Source: Alphaproteobacteria bacterium
GTDB taxonomy: Bacteria; Pseudomonadota; Alphaproteobacteria; UBA828
Length of the DNA stretch: 64,000 bases
Assembly (NCBI GenBank): GCA_965220745.1
Contig: CBDCQT010000006.1
Span: 32,001 to 96,000, forward strand
Reading direction: 5' to 3'
This document shows positions 25,101 to 37,100 of this stretch, one piece after another. The notes below the pieces were generated by a model that ran no database searches, had not been told where the DNA came from, and saw only the letters and a program-made list of their open reading frames with translations. Position 1 is the first letter of the stretch. Every line of letters starts with the position of its first letter. The position numbers and the translations under genes were made by a program.

Positions 25101-28100
25101 CGGGCGCGCTTCCGCTGCGCGGCGTGGCGTATCTGGGCGGGCTCCGGCCAGACGGTGCCGAGCTCTCGACTCGGGATCTGGCAGCGGAGCTGCAGGCAGT
25201 CGATGCGGGAGCGCTGGCGCTGGTCCAGGGGATGTCGGACGCGGGCGTGTCGCCGGTGAGCGGCACTTGGTTCGTGACCCGGGGCGGCCAGGTGATCGAG
25301 CGGGAGCGCGGCGGCGCGCTCGCGGGTGCCTCGCTGTGGGGCTTCGCCAGCGTGGTGGAGTTGGAGCACGGGGATATGACGCCGCGCCTGCTGGACTTGG
25401 ATCCCGAGTCTCCCCTGTCCACCGGCGCGCTCGCCGACGAGTTGCTCTTCCCCGACCGCGAGACGCGCGTCGCCCGCCGGGGCGGGGACCGCTTGGTGGC
25501 CCGGCTGACGCGCCTCGCCGGGCGGGCTGAGGACTCGGCGGAAGCCGGGCCGGGCGAGGCCCGGCTGCGCGGGGACCGCAGCTATCTGATCACGGGCGGG
25601 CTCGGGGGGCTCGGGCTGGAGGTGGCGCGCTGGCTGGCCGGGGCGGGCGCCGGGGCCATCGTGCTGAACGGACGTCGCGCGCCCGACACGGACACCGAGG
25701 CGCTGATCGCGGAGCTCCGGCAGGGCAGCGCCGAAGTGCGCGTGGAGATTGCCGACGTCACGGACGAGGATGCGGTGGCGGGGATGCTCGGGCGGATCGA
25801 TGCCGAGCTGCCGCCGCTGGCGGGCGTGATCCACAGCGTCGGCGCGCTTGCCGACGGGGCATTGACAAACCAAGACTGGGAGCGCTTCGAGCGGGTGCTG
25901 GGGCCCAAGATCCTAGGGGCTTGGCGGCTGCACCGGGCTACGCTCGACCGGCAGCTGGACCTGTTCGTCCTCTTCTCCAGCCTGGCGGGCGTGGTCGGAA
26001 ACCCGGGACAGGCCAACTACGCGGCGGCCAACGCCTTCCTCGACCAGCTGGCAAGGCACCGGAGGGCGCTGGGCCTGCCGGGTCAGGCCGTTGCGTGGGG
26101 ACCGTGGTCGGGCATCGGCGAGGCCGAGGAGCAGCGTGAGCGTATCGGGATGCAGCCCGCCGACTCGGGCGAGGAATGGATCGCTCCCGAACAGGGCATC
26201 CGTGCGTTGGCGCGGCTCGTGCGCGAGGACATCGGAACCAGTGTGGCGGCATTCGTCGACTGGGCTGCGCTTTCGGTGCGGGCACCCTGGCTAGCGGAAG
26301 TGGCGGGGCGCGAAGAGGACCGCGCTTCCGCCGCTCCGGGCGATCTGCTCAAGCGGCTCGGGGGCCTCGCCGTCGGGGAGCGCCGCGAAGAACTGATCCG
26401 GTTCCTCGAGGAACAGGTGGTCCAAGTTTTGCGGCTGCGATCCGCACCGTCGTCCACGGCAGGATTCTTCGAGCTGGGCATGGACTCGCTGATGGCGGTC
26501 GAGCTTCGCAACCGCCTGAACCGGGCCTTCCGGGGCGCGTTCGTGGTCTCGAACACTGCAGTGTTCGATTATCCCGACATCGCCCGCCTGGCAGAACACC
26601 TTGCGGGCAAGCTTGCGGGAATGGCTCTGGAAGCACCGCATGCGCGTGCTGCCCTGCCCCCCGTCCGGCACCGGGCGGACGAACGCATCGCGATCGTCGG
26701 CATGGCCTGCCGCTTCCCCGGGGCACCGGATGTCGAGGAATTTTGGGCACAGCTTCACTCCGGGGCCGATATGGTGACGAGGGGCCGCCCGGACGGGCTG
26801 TTCGTGGATGCCGAGACGGAGGCTGCGCGCCCCTTCGGCGCTTATGTGGAGGGCCTCGACCACTTCGACGCGGGCTTCTTCCGGATCGCCCCGGTCGAGG
26901 CAGAACTCCTCGACCCCCAGCAGCGGATGCTGCTCGAGACCAGCTGGGCGGCGCTTGAAGACGCCGGCATCGCTCCGAACGGGCTGCGGGGCACCCGAAC
27001 CGGGGTGTATGGCGGGGTCTCAATGAGCGATTACCACGCCCTTATCGCAGAGGCCGCGGACAACCCGTCGGCCAACCTTTACCGCTCTACAGGCGCCACC
27101 CCCTCGATCGCGGTGGGCCGAGTAGCCTTCGCCCTAGGCCTCGAGGGTCCGGCGATCACGATTGACACCGCGTGTTCCTCGTCCTTGGTCGCGCTTCACC
27201 AAGCGGCAGCGGCGCTGCGCGCGGGCGAGGCGGACCTGGCGCTGGCGGGAGGAGTGAACGCGATCCTGCGGTCAGAGCCCACCAGTCTCCTGACCGACGC
27301 CGGCATGCTCGCCGCAGATGGGCGTTGCAAGACTTTCGACGCGGCGGCCGATGGTTACGTACGGGGCGAGGGATGCGGGATGGTGGTGCTCAAACGCCTC
27401 GCGGACGCGGAGGCGGCAGGGGACCGGATCCTCGCGGTTGTGCTCGGGTCGGCCGTGAACCAAGACGGCGCGAGCGCCGGCCTGACCGTGCCGAACGGCC
27501 CGGCCCAAGAGCGGGTGATCGAGGAGGCGCTCGCGCGGGCGGGCGTCGAGGCCTCCTCGGTCGACTACTTGGAGGCACACGGCACGGGCACCGAACTGGG
27601 CGATCCGGTAGAAGTGGAGGCGGCTGCTGGGGTGTACGGCCGCGGCCGGAGCGCGGACCGCCCGCTGCTGATCGGCTCGGTGAAGACGAACGTGGGCCAC
27701 CTCGAGGCGGCGGCGGGCGTGGCCGGGCTGATCAAGGCGGTGCTGGCGATCCGTTCCGGGGTGATTCCGCGCCACCTGCACTTCGAGCGGCCCAACCCGC
27801 GGATGGACTGGGAGAAGCTCCCCGTCCGGGTGACGTCGGAAGCGACGCCCTGGCCGGACGAGGAGCGGCCGCGGCGAGCCGCCGTCAGCTCCTTCGGATA
27901 CTCCGGAACCAATGCCCACGCCGTGGTCGAGGGATATGCAGAAGAGCCCGAACCGCCGCCCATTGAAGTGCCCGCACTTCCGGCGTCGGGTGCGGATGAC
28001 CGCGTCTCGCAGGCTGACGCGCCCCGCGTGCACCGCCTACTCCCGCTCTCGGCGAAGTCCCAAGACGCTCTCCGGCGGCTGGCTGATCGATACCAAGCCA

Positions 28101-31100
28101 TGCTCTCGGACGATACCCCGCTTGCCGACATGGCTTGGACGGCGAGCACCGGCCGGAGTCATTTCCACTGCCGTTCCGGCCTTGTGTTCAGCGATCGCGC
28201 CTCGCTGCAGGAGCAGCTGGAGGTGGTGAGGCAGGGAGTTGTGGCGGCGTCCACGCAAGGAACGGTCGCGTTCCTCTACACCGGGCAGGGGAGCCAGTGG
28301 GCGGGCATGGGCCGGGAGCTCTATGAGGCCGAGCCGGTCTTCCGGGCGGTTCTGGACCGCTGCGAGGAAGTGTTCCGCGCGGAGCGCGGCAGGGCGCTTC
28401 TCCCGGTGATCTTCGACGATGCCGGGCGGCTGGACCGGACCGAGTGGACGCAGCCGGCGCTGTACGCGCTGGAGAGCGGGCTGACCGCGCTGTGGGCCAG
28501 CGTGGGGGTGCGGCCCGACATCGTGTTCGGGCACAGCGTGGGAGAGATCGCGGCAGCGGCTGCCGCGGGAGCCTTCGATCTCGAGAGCGGGATGCGCTTC
28601 GCCACGCGCCGGGGCGCGCTGATGGGTTCACTCTCCGAGGGCGGTGCGATGGCGGCGGTGTTCGCTTCGGCGGAGCGGGTCGCTGCCAGCCTTGACGGTG
28701 CGGTGTGCCTGGCGGCCGATAACGGCACGCACCAAGTCGTGAGCGGGCCGGAGGCCGACATCGAGGCGCTGCTGAAGAGGTTCGAAGAGGACGGTCTGCG
28801 CGTGGAGCGCCTGCGGACCAGCCAGGCCTTCCACAGCGCGCTGATGGATCCGCTGCTGGCGGAGCTGGAAGCGGCGGCGCCCGCGGCCTCGGCACCGTCG
28901 GTGCGACTGGTGAGCGATGTGAGCGGGCAGGTGCTGGAAGGGGCTCCCGACGGAGCGTACTGGCGGCGCCAGGCGCGCGAGCCGGTCCAGTTCGCGACCG
29001 CGCTGCGGACGCTGGCGGACTTGCAGGCAGGGCTTTTGCTGGAGATCGGGCCGCATGGCGTGCTGGGCCCGATGGCGGCGCTGGGCTGGCCGCGCGGCGA
29101 GGCGCCCACGGTGATCCCGAGCCAGCAGCGCGGCGGGAACGGGGACTTCGTCGGGGCGGTGGCGGGCGCGTACGAGTCGGGTCTGGAGATTGCCTTCGAA
29201 GGCCTGTTTGCCGGGGAGCGGCGGCAGCGGGTCTCGCTGCCGGCCTATCCGTTCCAGCGGGAGCGCTATTGGATCTCCGCCTCTCCGCGGCGGCGGTCAG
29301 AAGCGGGGCACGCGCTGCTCGGGGTGCGGCGGGATTCCCCGGATGGCGAGCATTCCTTCGAGCGGCAGCTAGACAGCCGGGACCCGGCTTGGCTGGCAGA
29401 CCACCGGGTGTTCGGGAAGGTCGTGGCGCCGGGGGCGCTGTACGCGGCGCAGGTGGTAGAAGCGCTTCGCGAAACGCACCCTGGAGTCCGGGTCGTGCTC
29501 GAGGAGAGTGCGATCACGCGCCCGCTTGTGCTGGCGGGCGAGGAGGGCCGGCTGGTTCAGGTGGTGCTGGGCGAGGACGGGGGCTGGAAAGTCGTCAGCA
29601 GGGCTGCTGGCGAGTCATGGGAGACACACGCCGAAGGACGCTGGGCTCCGCTGGCAGCAGCTGCGTCCGAGGCAACGGACCTCGGGGCGCTACAGGGCAG
29701 CCTCGTCGAAGCGGCCGTGGAAGAGGGATACCTGGAGCTGCGTGCTGCCGGTCTCGATTACGGTCCGGCCTTCCGCGGACTGGCCCGGCTGTGGTCGGGC
29801 CCCGGCGAGGCGCTGGGCGAGGTGCTGCTGCCGGCGGGAATGGAACATCAGGCGCTGCTCGCGCATCCGGCACTGCTCGACGCCTGTTTCCGGGTCCTGG
29901 GCGGCGTCGCGGAACCGGATGGAGCCAGAGGCACATGGCTGCCGATCGGCTGGGACCGTTTCGTCCTGCGCGAGGCGCTGCCAGAGCGCGTTTTCTGCCG
30001 GGCACTGGACCGCGGCGAAGGTGGGCAGACCCGCAAGGCAGATCTCAGCCTCTATACGGAGACGGGCGAGGAGCTGGCGCGCATCGAGGGCTTCTCGCTC
30101 AGACGGGCGAGCAGAACCGCGCTTTCGGGCCTCCGGGTGGACCAGGCGCTGCACCAGGTGGCGTGGCGCGAGGGGGCGGCGGTGGGCCTCCGGGATGCGG
30201 ACTTCCTCGCCGAGCCGCAGGAGATCGAGTCCGGCCTGAGAGCGTTGGACGGATACCTAGAGGCGGATGATCGTGACGGGGCGTCGCTCGCCGCACTGGG
30301 GCGCGAGCTCGAATGTGAGGCACGCCGGCAGCTGCTCGGCGCATTCCGGGGGCTGGGATGGGAGCCCAAGCCGGGAGACCGTTTCGAGACGGACGAGTTG
30401 CGACGCCGGCTGAGGGTGACCGAGGATCACGGGCGGCTGTTCGGCCGGTTGCTGTTGGTGCTGGAGGAGATGGATCTCCTCGAGCGGGAGCCGACTCGCG
30501 GCTGGCGCGTGGCAGCCGCGCCGGAAGTGCCTACGGAGCCCGAGGCGGGACCGGCCGATTCCCAAGCCGATTCCATCGAGCTGAGCCTGCTCCGCCGCTG
30601 CGGGGATTCGCTTGCTGACGTGCTCCGCGGCCGCGCCGATGCGCTGGACGTGCTCTTCGGCGGTGAGCCGGGAGCGGCGAGCCTTTACCGCGAGGCGCCC
30701 GCAATGCGGGCGCTGAACCGCATGGTTGCCGACGCGGTGCGGGCGGCGGTCGCCGGGCTGCCGGATGGCCGGCCGCTGCGTGTGATCGAGGTCGGCGCGG
30801 GGACCGGCGCGACCACCGCCGCCCTCTTGGACGTCCTGCCGGCCGACCGGACCGAATACACCTTCACCGACATCTCGCCCGGCTTCTTCCCGGACGCCGA
30901 GCGGGAGTTCGGCGAGCGGGGCGCCGACCTTCGCTTCCTGGCGCTCGACATCGAACGGGACCCGGCAGAGCAGGGCTTGGCGCTCCACGGCTATGACCTC
31001 GTGATCGCCGCGAACGTCCTGCACGCGACCCGCGACCTAGGCCAGACGCTCGCCCACTGCCGACGCCTGCTGGCCCCGTCGGGCGTGCTGGCGGCCGTCG

Positions 31101-34100
31101 AGGAAGCCGTTGCCAAGGAATGGCTGGACCTGACCTTCGGACTGCTGCCCGGCTGGTGGCGCTTCCAAGACGCGTATCGCTCCGACTACGCGCTGGTCGG
31201 GCCTCCCGTCTGGCGGCAGGCTCTCGCGGATGCGGGATTTGGCGGGACCTCCCTGATCGAGGATCCGTCCGGGGCGCTGCTGATCCTGGCGCGGGGGCCG
31301 TCGGAGGCGGGGTCCGAAGGCGGGCTGTTCGTGCTGGCCGGCGAGAGCGAGCTGGGCACCGAGCTGGCGGCGGAGCTGGAGCGCCGAGGCAGCCGGGCCG
31401 TCCAAGGCCCCGCGAAGGCTGATCGCGAGGCGTGGCGCGGGTTCTTCGAGTCCTTGCCGGGGGCGCTTCCGCTGCGCGGCGTGGCGTACCTAGGCGGGCT
31501 CCGGCCAGACGGTGCCGAGCTTTCGACCCGGGAGCTGGAAGCGGAGCTGCAGGCAGTCGATGCGGGCGCGCTGGCGCTGGTCCAAGGGATGTCGGACGCG
31601 GGCGTGTCGCCGGTCAGCGGCACTTGGTTCGTGACCCGGGGCGGCCAGGTGATCGAGCGGGAGCGCTGCGGCGCGCTCGCGGGTGCCTCGCTGTGGGGCT
31701 TCGCCAGCGTGGTGGAGCTGGAGCACGGGGATCTGACGCCGCGCCTGCTGGACCTGGATCCGGAGTCTCCCCCGTCCGCCGGCGCGCTCGCCGACGAGCT
31801 GCTCTTCCCCGACCGCGAGACGCGCGTCGCCCGCCGGGGCGGGGACCGCTTGGTGGCCCGGCTGACGCGCCTCGCCGGGCGGGCGGAGGATTCGGCGGAA
31901 TCCGGGCCGGGCGAGGCGCGGCTGCGCGGGGACCGCAGCTATCTGATCACGGGAGGGCTCGGAGGGCTCGGGCTGGAGGTGGCGCGCTGGCTGGCCGGGG
32001 CGGGCGCCGGGGCCATCGTGCTGAACGGACGCCGCCCGCCCGACACGGAAACCGAGGCGCTGATCGCGGAGCTCCGGCAGGGCAGCGCCGAGGTGCGCGT
32101 CGAGATCGCCGACGTCACGGACGAGGAGGCGGTGGCGGGGATGCTCGCGCGGATCGACGCCGAGCTGCCGCCGCTGGCGGGCGTGATCCACAGCGTGGGC
32201 GCGCTCGCCGACGGGGCATTGACGAACCAAGACTGGGAGCGCTTCGAGCGGGTGCTGGGACCCAAGGCGCTGGGGGCCTGGCGGCTGCACCGGGCGACGC
32301 TCGACCGGCAGCTCGACCTGTTCGTCCTCTTCTCCAGCCTGGCGGGCGTGGTCGGAAACCGCGGGCAGGCCAACCACGCGGCGGCCAACGCCTTCCTAGA
32401 CCAACTGGCGCGGCACCGCAGGGCGCTGGGCCTGCCGGGCCAGGCCATTGCCTGGGGCGCGTGGTCAGGCATCGGCGAGGCCGAGGAGCAGCGCGAGCGC
32501 ATCGCGCCGCGGCTGGCCGACTCGGCCGAGGAGTGGATGTCTCCCGAGCAGGGCATCGGCGCCTTGGCGCGGCTCGTGCGCGAGGATGTCGGGACCAGCG
32601 TGGCGGCGTTTGTCGACTGGGCGGCGCTTCCGTCGCGGGCACCCTGGTTCGCAGAAGTGGCGGGGCGCGAAGAGGGCCGCTCTTCCGCCGTGCCGGACGA
32701 TCTCCTCAAGCGGCTCGCGGGGCTCGCCCCCGGGCAGCGCCGGGAAGAACTGATGCGGTTCCTCGGGGAACAGCTGGTCGAGATTCTGCGACTGCGCTCC
32801 GTGCCTCTGCCCTCGGCGGGATTCTTCGAGCTGGGCATGGACTCGCTGATGGCGGTGGAGCTTCGCAACCGCCTGAACCGGGCCTTCCGCGGCGCGTTCG
32901 TCGTCTCCAACACCGCGGTGTTCGACCATCCCGACATCGCCCGCCTGGCGGAACACCTTGCCGGCAAGCTAGCCGGCGCGGTGCCGGAGGTGCCGCGGCT
33001 GCAAGCCTTGCCCGCCGTCCGGACCCGCGGCGACGAACGCATCGCGATCGTGGGCATGGCCTGCCGCTTCCCCGGGGCGGAAGATGCCGAGGCGTTCTGG
33101 GCGCAGCTTCGCTCCGGCGCCGACTTGGTAACGAGGGGGCGTCCGGACGGGCTCTTCGTGGATGCGGAGACGGAGGCAGCGCGGCCCTTCGGCGCCTACG
33201 TGGAAGGCCTCGACCGCTTCGACGCGGGCTTTTTCCGGATCGCCCCGGTCGAGGCGGAGCTGCTGGATCCCCAGCAGCGGATGCTGCTAGAGACCAGCTG
33301 GGCGGCGCTAGAGGACGCCGGGATCGCCCCGGACGGGCTGCGCGGCAGCCGGACCGGGGTGTACGGCGGGGTCTCGATGATCGACTACCAGACCCTCGTC
33401 GCCGGACGGCGGGGCGATCCGGGGACGGACATTTTCAGGGCCACCGGCGCTACCCCGTCGGCTGCGGTCGGCCGGGTCGCCTTCGCGCTCGGCCTCGAGG
33501 GTCCGGCCATCACGGTGGACACCGCGTGTTCGTCGTCGCTGGTCGCTCTGCACCAAGCCGCAGCGGCGCTACGCGCGGGTGAAGCAGACCTAGCGCTGGC
33601 GGGAGGCGTGAACGCGATCTTGAGAGCAGAGCCCACCAAGCTCATGACCGACGCCGGCATGCTCGCAGCGGATGGACGCTGCAAGACCTTCGACTCTGCG
33701 GCCGACGGCTTCGTAAGGGGCGAGGGATGCGGGATCGTTGTGCTCAAGCGCCTTGCGGACGCAGAGGCGGCAGGAGACCGAATCTTGGCGATTGTGCTCG
33801 GATCGGCGGTGAACCAAGACGGCGCGAGCGCCGGCTTCACAGTTCCAAACGGCCCGGCCCAGGAGCGGGTGATCGAAGAGGCGCTCGCGCGGACGGGTGT
33901 GGAGGCCGCCTCGGTCGACTACCTAGAGGCGCACGGCACGGGCACCGAGCTGGGTGATCCCGTCGAAGTGGCGGCGGCGGCAGCGGTGTACGGCCGCGGC
34001 CGGAGCGCGGACCGCCCGCTGCTGGTTGGGTCGGTGAAGACAAACGTGGGCCACCTCGAGGCGGCGGCGGGCGTGGCCGGGCTGATCAAGACGGTGCTCG

Positions 34101-37100
34101 CGATCCGTTCCGGGGTGATTCCGCGCCACCTGCACTTCAAGCGGCCCAACCCGCGGACGGACTGGGAGAACCTTCCGGTCCGAGTGACATCGGAGCCGAC
34201 TCCTTGGCCGGAGGCGGAGCGGCCGCGGCGAGCCGCCGTCAGTTCGTTCGGATACTCGGGCACCAACGCCCACGTCGTGATCGAGGGATACGCCGAGGAG
34301 CGCGAACCGCCGCGCATCGAGCTGCCCGCGCCGCCGGAGTCGGGTGCGGATGACCGCGTCCCGCAGGCCGAGGCTCCCCGCCAGCATCGCCTGCTCCCGC
34401 TGTCCGCCAAATCCGAGGGAGCGCTTCGTCAGCTGGCCGGCCGCTACCAAGCCGCCCTCTCGGAAGACATGCCGCTCGCCGACATGGCGTGGACGGCGGG
34501 GGTGGGGCGGAGCCATTTCCGCTACCGCGCCGGCCTCGTGTTCCAAGACCGGGCCTCGCTGGCGGAGCAGCTGGAGGTGGTGAGGCAGGGTGCCGCGGTG
34601 TCGCCTCCCGCTGGAAAGATCGCCTTCCTTTACACCGGCCAGGGCAGCCAGTGGGCGGGCATGGGTCGGGACCTCTATGAGACCGAGCCGGTCTTCCGGG
34701 CAGTTCTGGAGCGGTGCGAGGAGGTCTTCCGAGCAGAGCGCGGCAGATCGCTTCTAACAGTGATCTTCGAGGATGCCGGGCGGCTGGACTGCACCGAGTG
34801 GACGCAGCCTGCGCTCTACGCGCTGGAGAGCGGGCTGACGGCGTTGTGGGCCAGCGTGGGAGTGCGGCCCGATGTCGTGTTCGGGCACAGCGTGGGAGAG
34901 ATCGCGGCCGCCGCGGCCGCCGGTGCCTTTGATCTCGAGAGCGGGATGCGGTTCGCCACGCGCCGGGGGGCGCTGATGGGTTCGCTTCCCGATGGAGGTG
35001 CGATGGCGGCAGTGTTCGCCTCGCGCGACCGCGTCACAGCCGCGCTGGAAGGTGCGGTGTCGCTGGCAGCGGACAACGGCGCGCACCAAGTCGTGAGCGG
35101 GCCGGAGGCCGACATCGAGGCGCTCCTGAAGCGCTTCGAAGAGGACGGACTGCGAGTGGAGCGTCTGCGGACCAGCCACGCCTTCCACAGCGAACTGATG
35201 GAGCCGGTGCTGGCGGAACTGGAAGCAACGGCCCCCAGTGCCTCGGCACCGTCGGTGCGGTTAGTGAGCAATCTGAGCGGGAGGACGCTGGAAGGCGTCC
35301 CCGACGGAGCCTACTGGCGGCGGCAGGCGCGCGAGCCAGTACAGTTCGCGACGGCGGTGGGGACGCTGGCGGAACTGGAGACAGCGCTTCTGCTGGAGAT
35401 CGGGCCGCATGGCGTGCTGGGGCCGATGGCGGCGCTCGCTTGGCCACAGGCCAAGGTACCCTCCATGGTTCCGAGCCAACGGCGCGACGGGAATGGGGAC
35501 TTTGCCCGCGCGGTGGCAGCTGCATACGAGGCGGGTCTCGACATTGCCTTCGATGGCCTGTTTGTCGGGGAGCGGCGGCGGCGGGTCTCGCTGCCCGCCT
35601 ATCCCTTCCAGCGGGAGCGTTACTGGACCTCGGCTTCCCCGCAGCGGCAGTTGGAGGCGGGGCATGCGCTGCTCGGCGTGCAGCGAGATTTCCCGGATGG
35701 CGAGCACTCCTTCGAGCGGCAGCTGCACAGCCGGGATCCGGCTTGGCTGGCAGACCACCGGGTGTTCGGAAACGTTGTAGCGCCGAGTGCGCTTTACGTC
35801 GCGCAGGTGGCCGAGGCGCTTCGCGAAACGCACCACGAACTTCCGATCGTCCTCGAGGAGACCACGCTCACGCGACCGCTGGTGCTGTCGGGCGAGGAGG
35901 GCCGACTGACTCAGGTGATGCTCGGCGGGGACGGCGCTTGGAAGGTCGTCAGCAGGGATGCGGGCGGGCGATGGGAAAAGCACGCCGAAGGCCGCTGGGC
36001 ACCGCTCACCGCAGCCGCGTCCGCGGCAACGGACCTCGGCGCGCTACGGGACGGCCTCGCCCAGGCGGATGTGGAAGAGGGATACCTCAAGCTGGGTGCT
36101 GCCGGCCTCGAATACGGTCCGGCCTTCCGCGGTCTGACCCGGCTCTGGTCGGGCTCCGGCGAGGTGCTGGGCGAGGTGCTGCTGCCAGCGGGAATGGAAA
36201 TTCAGGACCTGCTCGCGCATCCGGCTCTGCTCGACGCCTGTTTCCGGGTGCTGGGTACCACGACCACGGAACTGCACGGAGCCGGGGACACATGGCTGCC
36301 GATCGGCTGGGAGCGCTTCGTCCTGCGCGACGCGCTGCCGGAGCGCGTCTTCTGCCGGGCACTCGACCGCGGCAAGGGCGAGCAGCCACGCACACGCAAG
36401 GCAGACCTCTGGCTTTATGCCGAGACCGGCGAGGAGCTGGCGCGTATCGAGGGCTTCGCGCTCAGACAGGCGAGCCAGTCGGCGCTGTCGGGTGACCCGG
36501 TAGAGGAGGTGCTGCACGAGGTGGTGTGGCGCGAGGGGGCAGAGGCCGGACTTCGGGAGGCGGAATTCCTCGCCGGACCGGAAGAGATCGCTTCCGGTCT
36601 GGGAGGGTTGGACAGATACCTCGACGCGGAAGGTCGCAACGGTGCGTCTCTCTTCTCCCTAGGACACGAGCTGGAGCGTGCGTCGCAGTGGCAGCTGCTG
36701 AGCGGATTCCGGGAGCTGGGATGGGAGCCTAAGCCGGGAGACCGTTTCGAGACCGACGAGTTGCGCCGCCAGCTGAGGGTGACGGAGGATCACGCGCGGC
36801 TGTTCGTCCGGTTGCTATCGGTGCTGGAGGAGATGGGGCTCCTCGACCGGGAGCCGACTGGCGGCTGGCGCGTGGCAGCGGCACCGGACACGCCTTCCGA
36901 GCCCGAGGCGGGACTGGCCGATTCCATCGAGCTGGGCTTGCTCCGCCGCTGCGGGGAATCGCTCGCCGACGTGCTCCGCGGGCGCGCCGATGCGCTGGAC
37001 TTGCTCTTCGGCGGCGAGCCCGGAGCGGCGAGCCTGTACCGCGACTCGCCCGCCATGCGGGCGCTGAACCGCATGGCCGCCGACGCCGTGCGCGCGGCGG

